A stretch of DNA of 64,000 nucleotides from a virus (IMGVR_UViG_3300037424_000723:13331-77330), one strand, 5' to 3'; positions 8,918 through 18,402 are shown, counted from the stretch's first letter. The notes: generated by a model from the sequence alone, not told the origin. Made by a program: numbers and translations.

Positions 8918-9639
8918 CGTAGATACCCCAACTCTTTCAACTCCGCTAAATCACCAGGGGCAAGCGATGGCAGGCCGGTCATCACATCCTGATTCCAATC
9001 ACCCCTTTGAATGACGTTTGCGTGTTTAAGTGGCGCTTGACGTGTGCCCAGCACAAGCAATTCATCACCATACTGACTTAACCGGCTTGTACCATTTAGC
9101 TCTATTTGCTGTGCTGTCTCTCCGAATACCAATACCTTTTTGAGTAAATCACGCCGCCACAATCCACTCCATAAGCTCATATGATAAGGTGAGCCGTGAT
9201 CGGATTTAATCAAATCAAGATAGCCCAGTGTATCATAGGTGTGATAGCCGAATAAATACTTGCCCCCGCCATCGGCAAAGAGACGGTCAGTTGTTACGTC
9301 AAACTTAACCACGTAACGGAATTGGCCCATATAATCATAACACATCTTGATAGCATTGGTATCAACTTGCCGGGTAAGCAGGTAGTCATCTAACAGCAGT
9401 AAGAATACCTCATCGGCTACATTGTTGAGTACCTTGATGAGCGCATCACTCCAGCGTTGGGCCGGGTAATCATCCTGATTGCCAATGGAGTAAAAGTTGA
9501 AATAGGGGAGTTTAGGGTCAGTATAGCCGCAGACTAAAACAGGAGCATCATAAGCCGGTTGAAAATACTTGTGCCATTGGTGAGCAAAGGCCGGCAAGCA
9601 ATGACTGCCCTTATCGGAGGTTATGACTATGGTTTGCAT
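8914..9639 (-). CDS. Putative GT-A-fold glycosyltransferase
   Basis: RWSDALIKVL...VFLLLLDDYLLTRQVD (DXD-like), SLWSGLWRRDLL, and glycan-cluster context. Confidence 0.55.
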   Translation of the reverse strand: MQTIVITSDKGSHCLPAFAHQWHKYFQPAYDAPVLVCGYTDPKLPYFNFYSIGNQDDYPAQRWSDALIKVLNNVADEVFLLLLDDYLLTRQVDTNAIKMCYDYMGQFRYVVKFDVTTDRLFADGGGKYLFGYHTYDTLGYLDLIKSDHGSPYHMSLWSGLWRRDLLKKVLVFGETAQQIELNGTSRLSQYGDELLVLGTRQAPLKHANVIQRGDWNQDVMTGLPSLAPGDLAELKELGYLR

Positions 9640-10214
9640 ACCACCTCGCCAAAAACAAAAGCCCCGCAGTTACAAGGTTCACTCGTTGCGGGGTTAGGGT
9701 TATTCCAATGATGTCGGTTATTACAAAGTTGAGTTGAATCAGTTCTGTAAAAGAGTTGATGTGTAGTACGGATTTGATCTAGTATTTTAATGATATAACT
9801 ATTCGTAGAGATATTGTTGCCTTTTGCTTCTCTCTCAAGCCAAAACATTAAATTATCTGGAAGACGTATTGACATAGCCCTATAGGTTACAGCTCTTTTA
9901 CGTTGCCCAGTATTTCCACCCTGGCCGCCATCAGTAAAGTTAGTTAAATTGTGGCTATTCTCTCTGTAAAAAGCAATCCATTTCTTTTCGGCTTCTACCC
10001 AATTATCAGAATTAACTTCTTCTAAGATTTCTAATCTTGGACATTTCCCTTGTCTGATTAATGATTGCACCCATCGGCTTTTGTGGCTTTGTTTATTATG
10101 ATACCCGCAAATATGGCTCTTGTATCGCATGTGGGGATTGTCGGATTTACCAACGTATCTAACTTCGTTGGTATCTGGACATATTAAAGCATAGATAAAT
10201 GTTCTTTCACTCAA
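9627..10214 (-). CDS. GIY-YIG endonuclease with an Arc/RHH-like C-terminal segment
   Basis: FIYALICP...VRYVGKSDNPHMRYKSH, EKKWI, LTN; followed by MSIRLPDNLMFWLEREAKGNNISTNSYI. Confidence 0.85.
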   Translation of the reverse strand: MSERTFIYALICPDTNEVRYVGKSDNPHMRYKSHICGYHNKQSHKSRWVQSLIRQGKCPRLEILEEVNSDNWVEAEKKWIAFYRENSHNLTNFTDGGQGGNTGQRKRAVTYRAMSIRLPDNLMFWLEREAKGNNISTNSYIIKILDQIRTTHQLFYRTDSTQLCNNRHHWNNPNPATSEPCNCGAFVFGEVVCKP

Positions 10215-10359
10215 TGGTTATTCCCTGCTTTTCTATTTCTTGCAAAACGAGGCGATGTAACAAGTCTACTAAGGGCATATCACAGTGAGCCGCAAGTATC
10301 TTCGCTAATCGCCTCGTTACCTTCCATATTTTTATAGTAGTGAGTGAACCTTTATCCAT
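10207..10359 (-). CDS. Small ribbon-helix-helix-like regulator (50 aa), probably leaderless
   Basis: Not in the track. MDKGSLTTIKIWKVTRRLAKILAAHCDMPLVDLLHRLVLQEIEKQGITIE; the ATG lies 7 nt after TATAAT. Confidence 0.6.
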   Translation of the reverse strand: MDKGSLTTIKIWKVTRRLAKILAAHCDMPLVDLLHRLVLQEIEKQGITIE

Positions 10360-10366
10360 TGTTGTA

Positions 10367-10395
10367 ATTATACATCTTTTTACTTTTCACGTCAA
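10367..10395 (-). promoter_or_regulatory. Sigma70-type promoter facing the glycan cluster
   Basis: TTGACG-17 nt-TATAAT on the minus strand. Confidence 0.8.
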
Positions 10396-10401
10396 CCCAA
10401 C

Positions 10402-10432
10402 AAAAAAGAGGCTGATAATCTCAGCCTCTTTT
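10402..10432. terminator. Intrinsic terminator after the major capsid gene
   Basis: AAAAAAGAGGCTGA-taatc-TCAGCCTCTTTT. Confidence 0.85.
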
Positions 10433-10450
10433 GAGCTAAATTGATAAAGG

Positions 10451-11938
10451 TTACGATTCCCAAACCGCCTGTAAGTTCTGAGCGGGCCGGGTTGAAACCC
10501 CTCCATTTACGAGGTACGGAGACGATGCCGTTGACCCTCGCAGGTGTTGCAGCGGGCTGTACAGAATGTTGTCAATTCGTCCTGCTAATGCCGGAGTACG
10601 CAGTACAATGCGCCGCTCTGTTTTAGCACTCAACTTGGTACACCATTTGATAATCGGGTCAAGCGCCCAGCTAAATGAGCCGCCGTCAGTCCACCACGTT
10701 TGATGGCCCATTAGCGCCTGAATCTGTTGCATCCCGATGCGATAATCCTTGTACTCAAGATAAGTGACCGGGAAACCGCCGTTGATTGTCAGCGGAACCA
10801 TATAGATACTACCCGCATAACTGCCTGCCGGGATGTTAGCATTATCACCGTTGACTTGCTCGTTGACGCCATCGTCAACGATAACCGGGTAAATGCGTCC
10901 ATTGATGGCAACCGTCATTTGCTGGCGCATCGCATCCATATCCTCGCGCATGGAGCGCCCGTCAAGATTGAGCCGGGTATTACCAACGGTCAGCAGTTCA
11001 GCGCCTCTATTGGTATTGTAGGCAATGGGCCAGGCCGCCGTAAATTCTGCCCACAAGTTGGGATTCATTACCACTACCCATTCAACCGGGTCAAGGCCCA
11101 TTCGAGTAGCATTAAAACGCAGGTAGTATTCCAACATTGACAGATACCAGACGATATTGGGGGTATTGTTGGCATTATTGCTAAACAGCGATTGGTAGTT
11201 ATAGTTTTTTACATCACTATCAGCTGCTGGGCAGGCTGTACCTGATTGGGCGTCAATAATGCCGGTGGTGATCTGGCTATCAAGGCCGGGGTACTCTTTG
11301 TAACCGCCGCCCGCCGTATTGTTAGCAGGGGAACCTTGCCAGTTTTGCTCAGTCAAGCCCATCTGATTAGTTGAGCCACGTGCCATTAACATACCGACTT
11401 TGACCATCTCGGAGTAGTAGACAATCCATTCCATTTGTTGCGCCGATAAGTCACGGGGGTAGTCAGCTTCACTCAAGCCGAGTAAGCGCCCGCGCAGGCG
11501 TAGATCGGTATTGACGCCAGCGTTAAGTGTAGTAAAGATTTGGTCAAATTCAATCGTGGCTGTATCGAACTGTAACCGGCCCAGTTGGAAGAACAGGTTA
11601 CACGCCTTGAGATAGCCGGTGGGGGCATCGCTACAGGGATTAGCAACCGCCGCCGCCCCGTCATCCTGAATACCAGTGATTAAACCGAGTACAGGCTGTT
11701 CAATGATCGTCGGGAACATATGCCCACGTCGGGCTAATTCACCTGAGATGCCATCGGGCCGGACATAGGTGCTGATGATATTGGCATCAAGGCCGAATAC
11801 GGCGAATAGGCCAGTATCACCAAACAGGAGTTGAGCCGTGTTGGTAGTGGCGGCTGTTTTTTCGTGAGTACCTTTAACCTGAGTGAACGCCTGGTACATT
11901 GCCAGGAACTCTTGAAACTCTTTCGTATTCATGTCCAT
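10451..11938 (-). CDS. Major capsid protein
   Basis: 495 aa, directly after the protease/scaffold gene and followed by a strong terminator. Synteny-based call. Confidence 0.7.
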   Translation of the reverse strand: MDMNTKEFQEFLAMYQAFTQVKGTHEKTAATTNTAQLLFGDTGLFAVFGLDANIISTYVRPDGISGELARRGHMFPTIIEQPVLGLITGIQDDGAAAVANPCSDAPTGYLKACNLFFQLGRLQFDTATIEFDQIFTTLNAGVNTDLRLRGRLLGLSEADYPRDLSAQQMEWIVYYSEMVKVGMLMARGSTNQMGLTEQNWQGSPANNTAGGGYKEYPGLDSQITTGIIDAQSGTACPAADSDVKNYNYQSLFSNNANNTPNIVWYLSMLEYYLRFNATRMGLDPVEWVVVMNPNLWAEFTAAWPIAYNTNRGAELLTVGNTRLNLDGRSMREDMDAMRQQMTVAINGRIYPVIVDDGVNEQVNGDNANIPAGSYAGSIYMVPLTINGGFPVTYLEYKDYRIGMQQIQALMGHQTWWTDGGSFSWALDPIIKWCTKLSAKTERRIVLRTPALAGRIDNILYSPLQHLRGSTASSPYLVNGGVSTRPAQNLQAVWES

Positions 11939-13422
11939 TATCGCACCACCCCGCGCTGGTCATACCACGCTTGATTGACGTTGACAAACTGCTCAGCAAA
12001 CCCAGCGCCAAGTTGAGGCTCAGGCTTAGTTTCCTTTGGCCCGTCCTTTGCCTCTGCCGTGCGCCCGTCTACCTTTGCTTCTGGTTTGCCAACTACTGAC
12101 ATTGATTTGAGAAGGGCCACAAGGTCATAGCTCTCTTCTTCCTTTTCCTCGACTACCGGCTTTGTTTCCAGCGCCTTAAGGCGAGTGTCAACCGCTACAA
12201 ACATTTCCTTGATGGCATCGGTGAAACTTGCCAGGTCTTTGACCGTCAACGCCTGGGTTGCTTCCTTCTTTTCAATGCCGGCTTCATCGGCCTCTTTAGC
12301 CTTATCAGCCAAAGTTGCCTCAATCTGTTGGACTTTATCCTCTCCAAATGCTTTGACAAATTCATCACGTTTGTGAGCAGGTAAGCCCTTTTCTACTTCG
12401 CTCATACTGGACTCCTTGTGAATAATGCTAAATGCTAATTTATTGGCCGCTGCCCACAAAGGCAGAAACGTTATTTCTTTGGTTCTGTGACGAATGATAA
12501 TTGTCGGGTCGGCCTCATCCCGCTTAATCCATTCGTTTGGCATACCGTGCGAATTTTTATCCCACCCGGCTTTGACAATGCCCTCTGCTGCCCACTCCAT
12601 ACCAGGGTAGAAATGCCCAGCCGCCACAGGGAAGCCGGTGCTTTCATCAAAAGCGTGATAATCGGTAATACCCACTGCGTAAGGCACGTGCCACAGCCAC
12701 GCTTCCGGCATGTCCCACTCGCCTTTGTGCAAAGCTTCATCAAACTCTTTGTGGGATTCCGTGCTGATAATTTCAGGGGGGTTGTCACTGTCACGCCGGT
12801 TATTGGAGTATGCCGCAAGCCATCTATAGATATCGCCCTCTTTCCAGATATACAGCGATTGCGTATCAGGTTGATTGCCACTATCCCCGCCGGGGTTGTC
12901 CTGCTGTTTAACGGGTTGATTGTCGCCTGCTATCTGTTTAATAAGCGTTGCCGCTTTATCCTCGGTCATTTCCTCTTGAATACGAGTGCCAACTAAGGCC
13001 GCGTATTCATTAGCCAGGGCCACCAAAGCGCCGGCCTTGTCATCAGTATCGCTGTTCATAATGTTGCGTGACAAGCGCCCAAATTGATCGGTAAGCTCAT
13101 ACATCTCGTATTGCGCTTCGCGGGCTGCCTGTTCTGCCGCCAAGTCAGCAAAGGAGAGAGGGCCATGATCCATACCGTCAACCATTACAACGGGAACAGG
13201 ATCGCCATAGTAGTCTTTGGTGGTTTCCTCCGTTACCGCCTCGTCCTCGATTAAGTCCAGTTCCTTTTTGGGCTTATTTTCATTAGCCATTAAAGCAGCA
13301 ATTTGCCTTTGAGCCGCTTTATCATCAGGGTGTAATCCCAATCGCTTGCCTACTTTCTTTTTATCAGGGCCAACTTTATAGACAGCAACCTTACCATCTT
13401 CAGGGAATTTACCGTATGGCAT
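11938..13422 (-). CDS. Prohead protease / scaffold protein
   Basis: Protease-like core (RWLAAYSNNRRD...EIISTESH...LWHVP...KEITFLP) with a long charged C-terminal scaffold; sits before the capsid gene. Confidence 0.65.
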   Translation of the reverse strand: MPYGKFPEDGKVAVYKVGPDKKKVGKRLGLHPDDKAAQRQIAALMANENKPKKELDLIEDEAVTEETTKDYYGDPVPVVMVDGMDHGPLSFADLAAEQAAREAQYEMYELTDQFGRLSRNIMNSDTDDKAGALVALANEYAALVGTRIQEEMTEDKAATLIKQIAGDNQPVKQQDNPGGDSGNQPDTQSLYIWKEGDIYRWLAAYSNNRRDSDNPPEIISTESHKEFDEALHKGEWDMPEAWLWHVPYAVGITDYHAFDESTGFPVAAGHFYPGMEWAAEGIVKAGWDKNSHGMPNEWIKRDEADPTIIIRHRTKEITFLPLWAAANKLAFSIIHKESSMSEVEKGLPAHKRDEFVKAFGEDKVQQIEATLADKAKEADEAGIEKKEATQALTVKDLASFTDAIKEMFVAVDTRLKALETKPVVEEKEEESYDLVALLKSMSVVGKPEAKVDGRTAEAKDGPKETKPEPQLGAGFAEQFVNVNQAWYDQRGVVR

Positions 13423-13446
13423 CGTTTTAATCCTTTGCCGGGAAAC

Positions 13447-13480
13447 AAAAAACCAATTATGAAAAACCCATAATTGGTTT
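13447..13480 (-). terminator. Terminator-like hairpin just upstream of the protease gene
   Basis: AAACCAATTATG-loop-CATAATTGGTTT, followed by a U-run on the minus strand. Confidence 0.65.
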
Positions 13481-13636
13481 GAATAAATAAGTTATTTAAT
13501 TGTGAGTGGCCTTGACCCCAACTAACCTGACCAGGGGGTGCTACGAAATGTCAGGCTTGCCCCGGCTACCACACCACTCTTGGCCGGCCTAGAATGATTA
13601 TGATAGATTTGACTCTATCGTAATCTATTGCTAATG

Positions 13637-13665
13637 ATTATATGCGAAGTTGTACACTATGTCAA
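13637..13665 (-). promoter_or_regulatory. Consensus sigma70 promoter with an inverted repeat over the -35
   Basis: TTGACA-17-TATAAT; GTACACT...AGTGTAC brackets the -35. Confidence 0.8.
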
Positions 13666-13674
13666 TAGAGTGTA

Positions 13675-13899
13675 CTAAAGTGACGAATATAACTCCAATA
13701 ACGTCTTAGCCCTTGCGCCTGGCTCGACATTGCTACTCTCTACAATCCACGTTAAGGGGTTGCCCTCACAATCTACCAATAGTGAGACGCTAATGGCTAC
13801 TACCGCTTGCGCCTGTGTCCCATTCAGGTGTTGATTTTTCAACCGTTGCCCTGTTTCAAGTCGTATGCGGTTTACCAGTTTATCCCACTCGGTTATCAC
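13675..13899 (-). CDS. Hypothetical protein
   Basis: 74-aa coupled ORF. Confidence 0.55.
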   Translation of the reverse strand: MITEWDKLVNRIRLETGQRLKNQHLNGTQAQAVVAISVSLLVDCEGNPLTWIVESSNVEPGARAKTLLELYSSL

Positions 13900-14513
13900 T
13901 TTTTCTTTTTACCCTTACCACAGCCACCCGGCCCACGTAAGGCCGGAGGTCTACCCTTTGTTATTGGCAAATCGGTTGGCTTGCGTTGACACTTGCAATG
14001 ACCACCGAAGCACGCTAATTTTGGAGATTGGGTCTCGATGCCATACTTAGCCCATATCGAATTTCGATATACCCGCCCATTCATACGAAGGCAGTCACAG
14101 CAGTGCTCACCCCCGTCAATTATCCACAATTCCTTGAGGTCTTTACAGGCCATCTCACGTGCTATCGTTTCAATGTAAGTATAGCGGGCAATCCACTCTT
14201 GCGCCCTTGCTTTAATCATCTCGAATGGTGCGCCGGATGCCTTATTATGGGCTACAATCCATTCAATATACCGCCCGACATACTGATAGTTGTCACCAAT
14301 GAGCCGGGTAAGTTCGGCGCTCTCTTCCTCGGTGCGCTCATCTGCCTTGATTCCACAAGCCTTTTGACCCTCAGTAAAAGCCTGTTCGTATCCCCGGCCT
14401 ACTGCGCTGAATAGGGCATCAGCACCCTCGAATGAGGTTAGAGTGCCGGTATACACGCCCCGGCTTAGAGCCATAACTGAGGCTCGAAAGGTAGAGAGCG
14501 ATTTATCTAACAA
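13896..14513 (-). CDS. Head morphogenesis protein (Mu gpF/SPP1 gp7-like)
   Basis: EHCCDCLRMNG and ACFGGHCKC Cys/His motifs; located after the portal gene. Confidence 0.7.
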   Translation of the reverse strand: MLDKSLSTFRASVMALSRGVYTGTLTSFEGADALFSAVGRGYEQAFTEGQKACGIKADERTEEESAELTRLIGDNYQYVGRYIEWIVAHNKASGAPFEMIKARAQEWIARYTYIETIAREMACKDLKELWIIDGGEHCCDCLRMNGRVYRNSIWAKYGIETQSPKLACFGGHCKCQRKPTDLPITKGRPPALRGPGGCGKGKKKK

Positions 14514-14706
14514 TGCCCACCTTGCGTATCAATCCAGTATAAGGTGTAAGGGTCAAACCACCACCGAATCCAGTAAGCTTCATAGCCAAAAATAACCCCC
14601 CAATAACTGACAATTGGGTTAAATGGTAACTTCCATCTAGTCCAGTGATGATCGGTATAACCAAAGTTTGGGTAAGGATGCTCCTTATCCTGCTTAAGTT
14701 TATCCA

Positions 14707-14883
14707 CTAGCGATTAAGAAACGTGATAACTTGCTCTGCCCCAGCGAGTAGAAAAGCCAACATACCAGCAAAGAACATTAACCGGCCTACCTCTGCCCAC
14801 ATTGCACCACGTGGACTTGGGGTATTGATAATGTATAGTATCAATCCACCAACCAATACGAGTACGGGTAATAAAACTACCAT
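14707..14883 (-). CDS. Small two-TM membrane protein (moron-like) between portal and head genes
   Basis: AAGGAGGA RBS before ATG 14883; two hydrophobic segments. Confidence 0.55.
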   Translation of the reverse strand: MVVLLPVLVLVGGLILYIINTPSPRGAMWAEVGRLMFFAGMLAFLLAGAEQVITFLNR

Positions 14884-14972
14884 TGCAAAATCCTCCTTAT
14901 GATAACTCTGATAACGCTTCAATCATAGCTCTACGGGCTAGGTTTACACCATGCCAATACTTTTAATAGGCG

Positions 14973-16697
14973 TCACATCACCTCTAATTCCTCTTGCTTA
15001 GGCGCTGGTTTATCCGGCTTCGCTTCATCAGTTTCAACATCTGCCCCTAGCACATCCTCACTCGCCATATCCTGCTCAACTTGCTCTGCTATCTTCGCCC
15101 CCTCGTAAAGCGCCTTGAGTGCGATAAGTGCCGCAAACGCCTGTTTAGCAAGATCAAACTCTTTTGGCCGTTCTGGACTGGCAAGCGTAGCCCGTAACTC
15201 AATCTCTTTGTCGGCTATCATCTCCAAAACGAAGTCTTTATCATTCGCCGCCGGATTGAGTATGTCGCCTACTGAGATAGCTAACATCTCTTGCATCATT
15301 GGGTCAGTTGAGTAAAACAGGTTAAGCACATCCTGCCCATCTGGTAAACGACCATCGGCTAATTCCATATCATCGAACTGCTGTTCGGTTATGTCGCCCA
15401 CATCAAGCGCCTGTAATCGGGTAGTGCGAATATCGGTTATGCCGCTGCCCAGGTTAGCCGTGTAAACCTCTGAGCGTAATTTTCTAATCTCAGCCTGGCT
15501 CCTGTCCTGCTCATCATCCTGATAATCGAATATCACCTCGCAATAGGGTGGTACTGGCTTGCCTAAAACATCGGCTAACTTGTCACCCCCTAATAGCGAT
15601 TTAAGTATCATTATGAGATGGCCTACACCCCCACCCATGCCAGCTACGTGCTGGAACATGGCATCGGCCTTAGTTGCGCCGGTTGACGTTGCGGGCCATA
15701 ACCAGCGTGGGGGGATGTTGAGCGCCAGGGCAATGAGGAACATACCCAGAGTGATTGAGCGCTCCTTATCTTCGCCCATTAGAGCCGCGTGTAAGTCCTG
15801 CACATCTATTTCAATAGCGTTAGCCGGGGATGGCTTAACGTCCTTAGAGCCGATAATCACATTCTTGGAATAGCGCCTTAATCCCTGATTATCCATAACC
15901 AAATCGGCCTGACTAAAAGCGCTGGCTATCTCACTAGCCGTTATGCCGGATTTACCGATAATAATACGACGTTTGGGCCGGCTGCCTAATTCCTCTTGTT
16001 CTGCTATGGCTATATCCCAGAGGTGTTGAGCCGTGTGTATCATCCGGCTTAAAGCACAAAATCCAACCCCTCGTAAGTCGGCTATCCAGCTAGGCAGTGA
16101 ACTGGTCATCATTACCCGTGTATGATGGAAGCGGTAACGCTCACCTGATATATCGGTGTAGATTAGGGGGTATTCGGGGTTTGACGTGCGCTGGCATCTG
16201 AGGCTGTCGAGTATTGCCAAACCGTAAAAGTTCACGCGGGGTTTGCTAAAGTCCTTGCGAGAGCGCCGGGTTATCGGGTCGAAAACTTTGGGCGCATCTC
16301 CTATTTGTTCAATGAATACACCGTTGTCTTGAGTGGTATAAGCCATTACAAAGCGTATTGCCAGCGATGGAGTCCAGCCTGCGCCATAATCTGAGATTGA
16401 GTTGATATTACTTGTCAAGTCACCAGCAACCTTAACGTGACTTTTGATGCTTGGGTCTCTAGCGATAACCTTAACCGGAATTGAGGCAAACTTAGAGGCA
16501 AGCATACTAAGGGCACTTGAGACGTGATCTTCTTTCATCCAGAAACGCGATAGCTCATAATCCCGTGCCTTTGACCAGTAGGGGGGGATTAACTCACCGG
16601 CCCGTAGGAATAGGGGGATAATGTCAAGGCCGGAGGGGTAGTCAAGATGTACCTGAGATTGGGCCGTGTTTTGTAGGACGCCGTTTAAGTCTGCCAT
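14973..16697 (-). CDS. Portal protein
   Basis: 574 aa immediately after terL; SKFASIPVKV, DNGVFIEQ and LNIPPRWLW portal-like segments. Confidence 0.75.
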   Translation of the reverse strand: MADLNGVLQNTAQSQVHLDYPSGLDIIPLFLRAGELIPPYWSKARDYELSRFWMKEDHVSSALSMLASKFASIPVKVIARDPSIKSHVKVAGDLTSNINSISDYGAGWTPSLAIRFVMAYTTQDNGVFIEQIGDAPKVFDPITRRSRKDFSKPRVNFYGLAILDSLRCQRTSNPEYPLIYTDISGERYRFHHTRVMMTSSLPSWIADLRGVGFCALSRMIHTAQHLWDIAIAEQEELGSRPKRRIIIGKSGITASEIASAFSQADLVMDNQGLRRYSKNVIIGSKDVKPSPANAIEIDVQDLHAALMGEDKERSITLGMFLIALALNIPPRWLWPATSTGATKADAMFQHVAGMGGGVGHLIMILKSLLGGDKLADVLGKPVPPYCEVIFDYQDDEQDRSQAEIRKLRSEVYTANLGSGITDIRTTRLQALDVGDITEQQFDDMELADGRLPDGQDVLNLFYSTDPMMQEMLAISVGDILNPAANDKDFVLEMIADKEIELRATLASPERPKEFDLAKQAFAALIALKALYEGAKIAEQVEQDMASEDVLGADVETDEAKPDKPAPKQEELEVM

Positions 16698-16700
16698 TGT

Positions 16701-17939
16701 TTACCAACTATCTACGGTTAGAATTTCGATGCCCACACTGTTTGTAACCGCCCGCCAGGAAAGCGCCCGGCCTATAACCGTATCGTCATTCATGCCGCTT
16801 GGCGCTGAGTAGGTAGGCCGGTTTGTGTTGGGTGACATCTTGAGTTCATATGATTCAAGCTCACCTGTACAAACGGGATTATCTAGCCACTGACATTCTG
16901 CCCGTTCAAAGCAGAGAGCCAAACTTTCAATAAGCGGGGGTTTACTTACGGCAGTAGTTTGAAAGCCAACTACGGGAAAGCCAGAGCGTTGCAATTCTTC
17001 TATGTTTGGCTCTCCAATGCTGTTTGCCTCAGCTTCTATGTGTACCACATTCCAACTATTCCATAAAGCGCCTAGCCGGTCACGTTGGAAATGATAGTCA
17101 ATCTGATTAAATCTGTCCTGGGCTACTTCCTGCTTACAGTCAGCACAAACGAGTGAAGTAAAAGTAAAGTCGTTTTGTTTGGCCCAATCCAGGCCAGCTA
17201 CTATTCTATGGCCCTCATGTTGAGCCGGGGTTGTTTGAGGTGCGCTCATGCAGGCGGCTAAATTCCTGAATACCTGCCCTTCACTTTCAAGAAATTCAGC
17301 TAGTATCTCTTGCCGGTATGCCGCATCTGTCATGTCCTGAGTTATCTCAGCCAGGGCATCTTTGCTTAAGTAGGGGTTGTCATGCGAGGTAAAGTGCCAG
17401 GCTTGCCAACGGCCCGACGTGTCACTAATAGCCCGCTGGTAAAGTTTATAGGCGTGATTTTTGCGCTTGGGGGTAAAAATAAAAGTAGCATTGCCGTTGT
17501 TATCCAATAACATTGGCGCAGCTACTTCTTCCCAGGCGTTGGGATTCATCAGGCTATATTCTTCCATAAATAAATCATCGGCATAATCACCCCGTAAGCT
17601 ATCGGCGTCCCAGGCAGTTTTGGCCCTGATACGTCCGCCATCTCTAATTTCCAAAACTCTATCGGTCTCATTTTTGTGGATAATACCGGCAGCTATCGGT
17701 TCACGTAAAAACCGCTTTACTCTGGCCCAAAAGGTACTCGTTTGATCTGCGGTAGGAGCAGCATATAAAACACGTCTACCGGCTAACAATGATTCAGATG
17801 CCTTACCGGATACCCCCATTGTTTTACCAGAGCGACGGCCAGCGACAATCACTTTACGCTTGGCCTTACTGCGGGTAAAGTCAATTTGCTTGGCGTGATA
17901 TTTAGGTAGATGCGCTTGGAGTTCCATCGCCCGTATCAT
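16701..17939 (-). CDS. terL: Terminase large subunit
   Basis: VAGRRSGKT Walker A, LRGDYADDLFMEE, AGLDWAKQNDFT RNase H-like domain, and NDDTVIGRAL. Confidence 0.95.
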   Translation of the reverse strand: MIRAMELQAHLPKYHAKQIDFTRSKAKRKVIVAGRRSGKTMGVSGKASESLLAGRRVLYAAPTADQTSTFWARVKRFLREPIAAGIIHKNETDRVLEIRDGGRIRAKTAWDADSLRGDYADDLFMEEYSLMNPNAWEEVAAPMLLDNNGNATFIFTPKRKNHAYKLYQRAISDTSGRWQAWHFTSHDNPYLSKDALAEITQDMTDAAYRQEILAEFLESEGQVFRNLAACMSAPQTTPAQHEGHRIVAGLDWAKQNDFTFTSLVCADCKQEVAQDRFNQIDYHFQRDRLGALWNSWNVVHIEAEANSIGEPNIEELQRSGFPVVGFQTTAVSKPPLIESLALCFERAECQWLDNPVCTGELESYELKMSPNTNRPTYSAPSGMNDDTVIGRALSWRAVTNSVGIEILTVDSW

Positions 17940-18402
17940 CGTGAATAATCTTAATTATAAAGGGGCTGTCAGATGTACCAGTTTCAGTACCTAGCAACTT
18001 GTGATGTTTGGCTAACCGTTCAAGGTTGACATCTGCCGGGTAAAGTTCGAGTTCTATTTCCTCATACCGGTTTTCGTTTTTGTCGTAAGTAACTTTGCGC
18101 TTGAACTTTTTGATTACTTGGGCTTTATCACCCAATTCAGCTAAATCGGAATCTGATTGAATATGAGCAAAGTCAGCAATGTTAGACCGGGCCATATTAG
18201 CCAAGCGTAAAATAGTCTCATCGGCTGACATTTTTAGCGAGGCTATTCTATTAGCTATATAAACACTGATACTAGGATTTACAAGGTTTTTAGGCCCTTC
18301 AACATTAGGATAGGCGTACCCGGCCCGCCTTGCTGCCTCTGTTGCGTTCCAGCAAGTTAAATAGTTTTCAATAAATACCTGCTGCTTGTTACTTAATGCC
18401 AT
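17902..18402 (-). CDS. terS: Terminase small subunit
   Basis: LSNKQQVFIENYLTCWNATEAARRAGY...NLVNPSI. Confidence 0.92.
   Translation of the reverse strand: MALSNKQQVFIENYLTCWNATEAARRAGYAYPNVEGPKNLVNPSISVYIANRIASLKMSADETILRLANMARSNIADFAHIQSDSDLAELGDKAQVIKKFKRKVTYDKNENRYEEIELELYPADVNLERLAKHHKLLGTETGTSDSPFIIKIIHDDTGDGTPSAST

Noticed and set aside
10441-14414. Plus-strand ORFs overlapping the capsid, protease and head genes (e.g. 10727..11140, 12487..12996, 14028..14414)
   Set aside because: Antisense shadows of well-supported genes, without RBS or motifs; the same applies to most short opposite-strand ORFs in the track.
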